Origin: an uncultured bacterium
GTDB taxonomy: Bacteria > Planctomycetota > Phycisphaerae > SM23-33 > FEN-1343
Assembly: GCA_965372365.1 (NCBI GenBank)
Contig: CBDVCA010000002.1
Coordinates: forward strand, 936 to 64,935
Direction of reading: 5' to 3'
Length of the DNA: 64,000 nt
A program made the translations under genes and the position numbers. Shown here piece after piece: positions 47,127-54,028 of the stretch. Below the pieces are notes generated by a model. That model had not been told where the DNA came from. It made no database searches and worked only from the letters and a program-made list of their open reading frames with translations. Numbering within the stretch: position 1 is the first letter of the stretch; every line of letters starts with the position of its first letter.

Positions 47127-47877
47127 GGCAAGCTCGACAAAACGAATGCGGCGACCCGGAGGGGGCTGATGTTGCCCCGGTAAGAGGTGACCGTAACGAA
47201 GTGACGAACCTGCCTTGACCTACAGGTTACGGGACCCCCCGAAAGAGCGCGACGTCAAACCGTCGCATGCCCCATCGAATACAGGAACCCGCCGCGTCTT
47301 GCTCCAAGCAAGCCGGCGCTGCTCCCGAATGGATCCCGATCGCATGGCATATCTTACGCGCATTTGGCGAAATCCAGTGCTGCATTCCTGGGCACATTGG
47401 GGCTCTTTGGTGTAAGTCCAGAGGAGATATACATGTAGGAGGGGGCGGAAAACGCCGTTCGCCTCGCCGTTCGCTATCGGAGCGGTCTCAGTGTCTCTGT
47501 TGAGGATCTTATCCGTATAAATGACACTGGTTTACCGGACTTTGAGCCGTGACGATGTGAGGACCCGATTCACAGATGAAGTATGCTTCGAATCGTCGAT
47601 TCCAGCCCCTTGGCGATCCGCATGAAGCCTTCGGCCCTATCACCCTCCCCCTCAAAACTCCGAATTCTCCTAGTTTGGGTTCGTTTGATTTCTTGCCTGC
47701 CAGTCCGTCTCTCCTTTCTACTCTCTCCGTTCTCCTCTCTATGCCGCCCTGCGGCATCCCCCCCCTCACTCTAATGGCGCGTTTCAGAGGTATCCCCCGT
47801 TCAGCCGGCCGGATTAGCTTGACGAGCGGGTGGGTCGCCGTAGGTTGTCGGCCGTATCGGGGTCGTGAATAGGGCAA

Positions 47878-48277
47878 GGCGCTTGTCGTTAGCCCCGTAG
47901 GGGCGTTTGGTAGTAGCCTCGGGCGCGAGCCCGTGGAATGGAGATACCCAACCGGGGGACGAGCCCCTGTAGGGGGCGATTGAAAGGGGCGCACATAGTC
48001 GAATCTCGGGCGGGCGATTGTCATCGGCGGCGACGTCGTTGATTACAGCCGACGCCAGACGGACCGTCATCGGAAGGTGACGTGTGAGGAGCCGGGTTCA
48101 ATCGCCCCCTGCGGGGGCTCTTTCCTTGTGGGCGCGCCGATTCCACGGGCTCGCGCCCGAGGCTACTACCAAACGCCCCTACGGGGCTAACGACAAACGC
48201 CTTGTGGGCGCGCCGATTCCACGGGCTCGCGCCCGAGGCTACTACCAAACGCCCCTACGGGGCTAACGACAAACGCC
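47878..48277. repeat. Long imperfect inverted repeat (arms ~107 nt, ~95% identical, spacer ~112 nt) with one arm terminus tandemly duplicated; MITE-like or structured-RNA element about 750 nt upstream of the giant-gene start
   Basis: The 62-nt core at 47878-47939 is the reverse complement (1 mismatch) of 48140-48201. That core, with a 15-nt leader, is repeated in tandem (77-nt units at 48125-48201 and 48202-48277). A second inner inverted pair lies at 47961-47984 (gagcccctgtagggggcgattgaa) and 48097-48120 (ttcaatcgccccctgcgggggctc), with 2 mismatches. Confidence 0.8.
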
Positions 48278-48403
48278 CCATGCGTCGGCGCCGGGGACTC
48301 GCGGCAGTTCCGAGCAAACGTGACTCGAAAGGCGAATTAAGTATGGTGTCCCCGGAACCAGCCGGAACCAGCGATCGGACTCAATTCCAAGCACGCTCTT
48401 GCA

Positions 48404-48883
48404 TCATGGCCGCGAATCGAGCAGGGTCGTTACGGCGGCGGGCAGGTCGGCATAGAAGTAAGCGACTCGGTGCTGTTGGTGGAGCTGGCGAATTCGCTCG
48501 TGATAGCGGCTGTAGAGATCGTGCTCGAATTCGTCGCCGGCGCTCTCGCATGAGAACACGCGGCAGCCCAGCGCGCGACGTTCGCGAGCAGTGCATTGCG
48601 ACTCTTGTTGGTAGGGGCAGCGATCGGCGGCCGCGGCGGCGGGGTTGACGGGGGTCGCGTGGATGAGCAGGGCCAGTTCGATCGTTGAGACGTAGAGCCG
48701 ATGCCCGAAGGCGGCGAAGTCGCAGCAGCGGCCGCAGGCGGTGCAGGTCTGGCCGGAGCCGGCGAGTTCGGCGTCGACGTCGCGGTACAGATCGGCCATC
48801 GCGGCCATCAGCGCGGGAATCGCCTGTGCTTGCCGAACGGCCGCGACCAAGTCGGGGTCAGGTTCGGTTCTTTTCATCTTCAA
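48404..48883 (-). CDS. YkgJ-family cysteine-cluster protein (CxxCxxCC putative Zn/Fe-chelating domain), copy 1
   Basis: CTACGRCCDFAAFGHRLYVS has the CxxCxxCC signature, with additional Cys at RCPYQQESQC and CRVFSC. 159 aa. Overlaps the upstream paralog by about 20 nt. Confidence 0.65.
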   Translation of the reverse strand: MKMKRTEPDPDLVAAVRQAQAIPALMAAMADLYRDVDAELAGSGQTCTACGRCCDFAAFGHRLYVSTIELALLIHATPVNPAAAAADRCPYQQESQCTARERRALGCRVFSCESAGDEFEHDLYSRYHERIRQLHQQHRVAYFYADLPAAVTTLLDSRP

Positions 48884-49313
48884 TATAGCCCAAGTCCCGC
48901 AGTTGCCCCCGATTCACGCCCGGGCATCGCACCCCGGCCATCGACCAGTCGGCGGGCCTGCGGAGGTTGCTCGGCCAGAACGGCCACGTTTGGCATTGCG
49001 ACGGTCGCACGGTGTAGATGGTGCAGTGTTTGACGCCGTCGCCGTCGGCTTCAAGGAACACGCAGTCCATGTTGGCTGCTTCGATCAGGCTTGTTCGCCG
49101 ACCCACCTTGCGCGTGTACGTGGCGCTGAACGCCTCGGTCGTCATCCCCAAATGCTCGGCCGCGGCGGCGATCTCTTCGGAGGTGATCCAGACGTACCCT
49201 TCTTCAGGGCCGCTGCAGCAGTGGCCGCATTCCTGGCACTCGAAAGCGAGACCATCGGCGTACCAGGGTCTATTGGGTTTTAGAGCATTTTGCATAATAC
49301 CTGTCGCCTTCAT
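48858..49313 (-). CDS. YkgJ-family cysteine-cluster protein (CxxCxxCC), copy 2
   Basis: CQECGHCCSGPEEGYVWI has the CxxCxxCC signature, plus C-x-F-L, HCTIY and RCPGV cysteines. The ORF extends to 49361. Starts at 49313 (MKATG) or 49295 (MQNALK) are more plausible, because the N-terminal codons there are AT-rich, as expected for a real start. Confidence 0.6.
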   Translation of the reverse strand: MKATGIMQNALKPNRPWYADGLAFECQECGHCCSGPEEGYVWITSEEIAAAAEHLGMTTEAFSATYTRKVGRRTSLIEAANMDCVFLEADGDGVKHCTIYTVRPSQCQTWPFWPSNLRRPADWSMAGVRCPGVNRGQLRDLGYIEDEKNRT

Positions 49314-49484
49314 GCTGGTTGCGGCATCGGTTGGCGGCGTCCGTTTCCATCGCCATAGCAACGGCTATGGCTGCTTCAACGTCCTTGCCAGCCTCGTCCT
49401 CACCGACGCCTGAACACGACATCTATTATGCAAAGTGCTCTAGCCAGGCCATACGGTTCGTTCCTTACTGTGGAGCGAACCATT

Positions 49485-52400
49485 CTACCGTCCGCCGGCG
49501 AGTTTCTGCAAATAGCTTTGCAGGATCTTGCGATATCGCTGCGGCAACGGGCGCTGGCGGGCCTGGTCGATGTCGTGACGGATGTGCTTGGGGACGGGGC
49601 CGGAGGCGTCTCGGATTACCTCGACGGGGCCGGCCAACGCATCGCGGCTGTCGCGAAGGGCCTCCAGCACCGTGTCGCGCCGACGCAGGGCGCTGCGGTA
49701 GTCGTTGCGGGCCAAGTCGCCGCCAACCCGGTTCATCAGCGTCACGGCTCGCTGGAAGGCGAACCCGCTGTAATCGGATGCGGCGAACCGTTCTCGCATC
49801 CGCTCGGCGTTGTTGATCAGATGAGCCTGCCGGCCGGCGAGCCGCTCCAGTTCCCGTTGCAACGGCGGCGGAACCGGCCCTTCGAGACCCTCGCCGGCGG
49901 CTCCGCCGATCTTGCCTCCGCCGGTGGCGCCCCCGGGGGGCGTGGTCGATTCGTCCTTGATCTGCCCGGTGCTGAACGGCTCGGGGGTCAGTCGCGTGGA
50001 CGTGCGGCGGCCGCCCTTACCGACGAAGGTGTCCTGGACGAACTCGCCGGTGCTCTTGCCTTGGCGACCTTCGCCCGAGCGGCCGCTGATTTCGCTGCTG
50101 TTGGGCAGCATGTTGCCCGTGACGCCTTGGGCGTTCATCGACGAGATCGGCCCGTCCATCGCCAGCCAGCCGGCGCCCTCGTCGAGGCTGTCGGCCGCCT
50201 GGGAGGTCACATCCTGCATCTCGGCGAACAGGTCCTCCTCCTGCTCCAGCAAGTCGCCGATGAGGTCCTCCAACTCGCTGGGCAACTCTGGAAGCTCCAC
50301 GTTGTCGATTCCCCCGGGGTCTTCCATATTCCACTGCTGGCGGTCGGGTGCGTCGGGGAGCCACTTCTCGATATTGGCCGTCAACTCCTCGGCGTTCTCG
50401 CCGGCGGAGGTCATGGCTTCGGTGGCGACGGCGATCTCGACGGCCCGGGCGGCCAGGGCGTCCTTGGCCATGGTTACGTCGGCCCGGACGCTGAGCAGTT
50501 CGGTCAGCAGCGAGGGGTTGGAGAAATCCTGCTGGGTCAGTTTGCTGAAATCGGTGAACGCATCGGTGAGGAAGCTCTCCCACTTGTCCTCGATGGCCCG
50601 CAACTCGTGCAGCAACCGCTCGTCGTCGGGGCTGAACTGATCGACGGGCTTCTTGGCCAGTCGCTCCGCGGCCGGAATGACGCGAGCATGCTCGCCGGCC
50701 AATTGCGTCAAATCCGCAGCCAATTCCCGCAATCGCTCGGCGTACTCGGGCGCCAGATCCTCACCGCCCGCTGTATCGAGGCGGTCGGCGGGGTCGCGAG
50801 CCATCATGGGCAGATACGCCAGCAGCATCTGGAGGCCTTCGATGATTCGATCCTGCGTCCCGATCAGCAGGTCGCAGGGTCTGCCGCGAGCGGTCAGGTC
50901 GGCCACGGTCGCTACGACGGCCGCCTGATTGCACGCTTGGGTCATCTCGTTGGTTCGCATCATCGCCAGGGCGTCTCGGGCGGGCGCCATCGGTGCGGTG
51001 AAGGGGAATTCGGCCAGGATGCGAGCCGTTTGGGTGCGGATTCCGATTTGCCCCTCGGTCGCGGCCGAGGCGTAGCCGTCGAACGCCGCCTTGGCACTCC
51101 CACGGTCCCGGGCGCCGATCGCGGCCAACTTCGTTCGCAACTGGGTCCGCAGTAACGCCTCGATCAGGCTGTGCAATTCAGCGAATCGCTCGGCCTTCGC
51201 CGCTTCGAGGGTCTGGGGATTTTGCACGAGGATCTCGAAGCCGTTGGCCGCCGCGGCCGTTTGCGGGCCCAGGTCGCCCAATCGCCGATTGTCGGTGGCC
51301 GTGGCTGTGCAGGTGAGCACCGTACCCACGGGCGTATCGGCGGGGATGTCGATCGAGTGCGTCAGTGCGGCCTCAGTGGGGATTGCGGCCAGCGGGAATT
51401 CATGCCGGCTTCGTCTTGAACCGTCCGCATCGCTCACCGACAGCGTCGCGGCCGTAAGGCCGTAGTCGTCCCGCGCGTGGAGGGTCACGTCGACCGAACC
51501 GCCGGGTGCGACGATGACGTTGGCCGTTGGTCGGCGGAACGCCACGACGGGAGCCGCGTCGGCGAGGGCGGTGATGGCGAACCAGCCGTCGGAGTCGTCG
51601 CCATCGGGGAGTCGCTGAATCACGCGGCCGCCGTCGTCGGTGAGCCGGATTCCGTAGCCGCCGTCGGCCAGGATGCTCATATCGGCCGTGAAGGTCCGCC
51701 CATCGTCAGCCGCGACCATGGGAGCGGGGGGGGCGTTCTTCCGTCGCAGTATCGCGCCGGCCGCCCGATGATGCAGGCGGATCGTCAAGGCGACCTTCGT
51801 GCCGGCCGGCGCCCGAATCGGCCCGGCGATATCGGTGTTCCGCTCGGCGTCGCGACCGATGTAGTCCGGGTACCGGTACGTCGCGTCGAGGCCCGCTACA
51901 CCGGGCTGATCGATCACGGTGATGAGATACCCCGGGCGGCCGGAGGGGATTCGGGTATCGCCGATACGAACGAAGTATCGCAGGTCGTCGGTTGGCGTAC
52001 CCAGGGGCAGCGAGTACGTGCGGCGGTCGGTCGCGATCATCATGGATCGGGCTCGGCCGGTGGGGTTGGCCGCGTCGGTGCAGACGATCTGTCCGGCGTA
52101 GTCGATCTGCTCATCGTTGGCGATGGTCACCGTCACGGCCACGCGGCTGCCGCTGTAGACCGTCACGTCGCCGGGGGTCACGCTCAGTACCTCGACCGCC
52201 CCGACCGTCGGCACGTACGCCCCGGGGCGGAAGACCGCCGTCATCGCTCGGGTCACTCGCGGCCATTGGGTCAGGCAGAGCGCCAAGGCTATCACCATCG
52301 AAGCCGCGGCCAGCCACGCCAGGCGTCGCAGGTGCTCGGTCCCGGCCGCACGGGTCAAGTCCAGCTTTCGCACCTTCGCCGCCGTCTCGCGAATCGCCGC

Positions 52401-52784
52401 GGCCGCCAGCCGGTCGCCGGCCTTGGCGTCGGCGGACAGTTGCAGCGTATTGATCAACCCGTTGTCCAGCCCGCCAATCCTCTCCTCGGCGAACCGGGCG
52501 TTCTGCGCGTCGTTCTGCCGCCACAGCATCGCCCGCACCGGCCCGGCCGCCGTCGTCGCCGTCGCAATCGCAATCGTCGCCGCCAGCAGCACCCACCGCA
52601 GCACCTCGGGCGGCTGGCCCGGCCAGTACCCCGCCGCCAGCGTTATCGTCACCACCATCGCCGCGGCCATCGTCAGCATCGCACACGCCGCCGTCGCCAT
52701 CGCCACCCGCCGCCGGCGCACCCACAGCCGGCGCAGTTCGGCGCCGATTACAGCCGCCGGTCGGTATGTGGGCATGGTTGTCAT
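49485..52784 (-). CDS. Large (~1,100 aa) membrane-anchored hypothetical protein with two N-terminal TM helices, a large beta-rich extracytoplasmic region and a Glu-rich, coiled-coil-like C-terminal region
   Basis: TM1 is MATAACAMLTMAAAMVVTITLAAGYW and TM2 is LAWLAAASMVIALALCLTQW. The ORF continues upstream to 53312, but that 176-aa extension is Arg/His/Pro-rich junk overlapping the MFS gene. ATG at 52784 (MTTMPTYRP) is the preferred start. Confidence 0.55.
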   Translation of the reverse strand: MTTMPTYRPAAVIGAELRRLWVRRRRVAMATAACAMLTMAAAMVVTITLAAGYWPGQPPEVLRWVLLAATIAIATATTAAGPVRAMLWRQNDAQNARFAEERIGGLDNGLINTLQLSADAKAGDRLAAAAIRETAAKVRKLDLTRAAGTEHLRRLAWLAAASMVIALALCLTQWPRVTRAMTAVFRPGAYVPTVGAVEVLSVTPGDVTVYSGSRVAVTVTIANDEQIDYAGQIVCTDAANPTGRARSMMIATDRRTYSLPLGTPTDDLRYFVRIGDTRIPSGRPGYLITVIDQPGVAGLDATYRYPDYIGRDAERNTDIAGPIRAPAGTKVALTIRLHHRAAGAILRRKNAPPAPMVAADDGRTFTADMSILADGGYGIRLTDDGGRVIQRLPDGDDSDGWFAITALADAAPVVAFRRPTANVIVAPGGSVDVTLHARDDYGLTAATLSVSDADGSRRSRHEFPLAAIPTEAALTHSIDIPADTPVGTVLTCTATATDNRRLGDLGPQTAAAANGFEILVQNPQTLEAAKAERFAELHSLIEALLRTQLRTKLAAIGARDRGSAKAAFDGYASAATEGQIGIRTQTARILAEFPFTAPMAPARDALAMMRTNEMTQACNQAAVVATVADLTARGRPCDLLIGTQDRIIEGLQMLLAYLPMMARDPADRLDTAGGEDLAPEYAERLRELAADLTQLAGEHARVIPAAERLAKKPVDQFSPDDERLLHELRAIEDKWESFLTDAFTDFSKLTQQDFSNPSLLTELLSVRADVTMAKDALAARAVEIAVATEAMTSAGENAEELTANIEKWLPDAPDRQQWNMEDPGGIDNVELPELPSELEDLIGDLLEQEEDLFAEMQDVTSQAADSLDEGAGWLAMDGPISSMNAQGVTGNMLPNSSEISGRSGEGRQGKSTGEFVQDTFVGKGGRRTSTRLTPEPFSTGQIKDESTTPPGGATGGGKIGGAAGEGLEGPVPPPLQRELERLAGRQAHLINNAERMRERFAASDYSGFAFQRAVTLMNRVGGDLARNDYRSALRRRDTVLEALRDSRDALAGPVEVIRDASGPVPKHIRHDIDQARQRPLPQRYRKILQSYLQKLAGGR

Positions 52785-52888
52785 GTTTGGCTCTCGACGC
52801 GACCAATGAGTATACCGTCGATTATACACCGTCCACACGTATCGACTAACGTGTTCCGACCCCAAACAGTGCAGAGGATGCGACCCGA

Positions 52889-54028
52889 CTACCGGGTCGC
52901 ATCGCTCAGGGCCAGCCGCTTCCTTCCTATCCAGAGCAGCACCAGCCCCGCCAGAGGCGCCGCGGCGTAGATGAGGTACATGCGCCGATAGCCGGTGTGG
53001 GTGACGAGCAGGCCTCCGCCGGCGGCGCCGATCGTTTGGGCGAGGCCCACGACGATGGAGATGTAGATGGTCATGGCCAGTCCTTGGCGGGCGCGGGGAA
53101 CCTTGCGGCGGATGAAGTCGATCGCGGCGGTGTGGCTCATGCCGAACGTGAACGCGTGCAGGCATTGGGCGGCTACGATGGCCGCCAGCGGGAGGGCGGT
53201 CGCGTAGAGGCTCAGGCGGATGGCGACGGCGAGCAGGGAACAGGTGAGCATGCCGACGACGCCGAGGCGGCGCAGGAAGAATCCGGCGCAGAAGAGCATG
53301 GGCACTTCGCATAGGGCGCCGACCGACCAGATGACTCCAGGGCTGGCGACGTCGTAGGCCTCGGTGAGGAATAGGGAGAAGAACGCGTAATGGGAGGCCA
53401 TGCCGAGTTGGCAGAGGAAGATCACGGCCATCAACAGCCAGAACGATCGGTCGAAATCGCCGTAGCCGCTGACGGCGCGGTGGTGAGCGGCCTTATGACT
53501 GTCGGGCAGGGCCGGCATGAACGGCAGGGCGATTGCCGTCGTGACGGCGAAGCAGGCCAGGATCGATGTGGATGAGTTCTTGTCGATGAGGCCGAAGCCC
53601 CAGATGACCAACAGCATAACAATGAAGCCCAGCGATCCCATCGCCCGCACCCGGCCGTACTGGCGGGCCGGGTCGTCCAACTCGCTGGCCGCGAGGGCGT
53701 CGGCGAGGGGGATGGTCGATCGGTAGGCGACGCCGAACAGGACCGTCAGTGGGGCGACGAGCCAGAAATGGCTCAGCCAGTTCATGGGCGCCAGTGCAGC
53801 CAGGGATACGAGCATGCAGACCCACAGCAGCATGCGTCGTTTGCCGAGCCGGTCGGCCAAGTGGCCCACCGCCACGGACCCCAAAGCTCCCGCCAGACCG
53901 AACACGCCTTGCAGCAGCCCGACGTCGGTAGTGTTGAACCCGCGAGCGGCGAGGAAGACCTGGAAGTACGGGGTGATGACCCCGAAGGTGACGAAGAAGA
54001 AGAAATAGTACAGGGCGAACCGGGTCAC
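52889..54028 (-). CDS. MFS-family transporter (about 380 aa, 12 TM-like)
   Basis: Hydrophobic 12-helix pattern. Loop motif GHLADRLGKRRML between TM2 and TM3 resembles the MFS signature G-x-L-a-D-r-x-G-r-r. The ORF extends to 54367, but that N-terminal 113 aa is Arg-rich junk. GTG 54028 overlaps the TGA stop of the upstream gene (GTGA). Confidence 0.7.
   Translation of the reverse strand: MTRFALYYFFFFVTFGVITPYFQVFLAARGFNTTDVGLLQGVFGLAGALGSVAVGHLADRLGKRRMLLWVCMLVSLAALAPMNWLSHFWLVAPLTVLFGVAYRSTIPLADALAASELDDPARQYGRVRAMGSLGFIVMLLVIWGFGLIDKNSSTSILACFAVTTAIALPFMPALPDSHKAAHHRAVSGYGDFDRSFWLLMAVIFLCQLGMASHYAFFSLFLTEAYDVASPGVIWSVGALCEVPMLFCAGFFLRRLGVVGMLTCSLLAVAIRLSLYATALPLAAIVAAQCLHAFTFGMSHTAAIDFIRRKVPRARQGLAMTIYISIVVGLAQTIGAAGGGLLVTHTGYRRMYLIYAAAPLAGLVLLWIGRKRLALSDATR

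Noticed and set aside
5928-47009. Dozens of long ORFs on the plus strand and in other minus frames inside the giant gene (for example 39918..43910 + 1330 aa, 26529..29708 + 1059 aa, 31629..34364 + 911 aa, 32800..34398 - 532 aa, 49428..51155 + 575 aa)
   Set aside because: Their translations are low-complexity Arg/Gly/Ala/Val/Asp strings produced by reading GAC/GTC/GGC-rich codons antisense or out of frame. They are nested entirely within a strongly supported coding frame and have no start context. Long spurious antisense ORFs are expected at this GC content.
5829-47126. Giant ORF as an assembly artefact, a fusion of several genes, or a pseudogene
   Set aside because: There is no in-frame stop over 41,298 nt and codon bias is consistent throughout. 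Supermodule paralogs are diverged rather than identical, which argues against a collapsed or expanded assembly repeat. Domain order is coherent from the N-terminal motif to the C-terminal dockerin. Long-read verification is still advisable for the acidic repeat arrays.
48125-48277. Possible CRISPR array, because of direct repeats
   Set aside because: Only two directly adjacent 77-nt copies with no spacers between them, plus one inverted copy. No cas genes are in the window. Unit length and structure do not fit CRISPR. Recorded as a palindromic/MITE-like element instead.
47509-48648. ORFs 47509..48024 (-), 47801..48070 (-), 48084..48266 (+) and 48202..48648 (+) in the leader region
   Set aside because: They run through the repeat element; three of them share the peptide RFHGLAPEATTKRPYGANDKR only because the DNA repeat is translated, and all have Arg/Pro-rich composition. 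No coding signal.
52785-53312. N-terminal 176-aa extension of ORF 49485..53312, and the N-terminal 113-aa extension of ORF 52889..54367
   Set aside because: Both are Arg/His/Pro-rich with no hydrophobic or motif content. They overlap the preceding genes on the same strand. Internal starts (52784 ATG; 54028 GTG overlapping the upstream stop) give proteins beginning exactly at the first TM helix.
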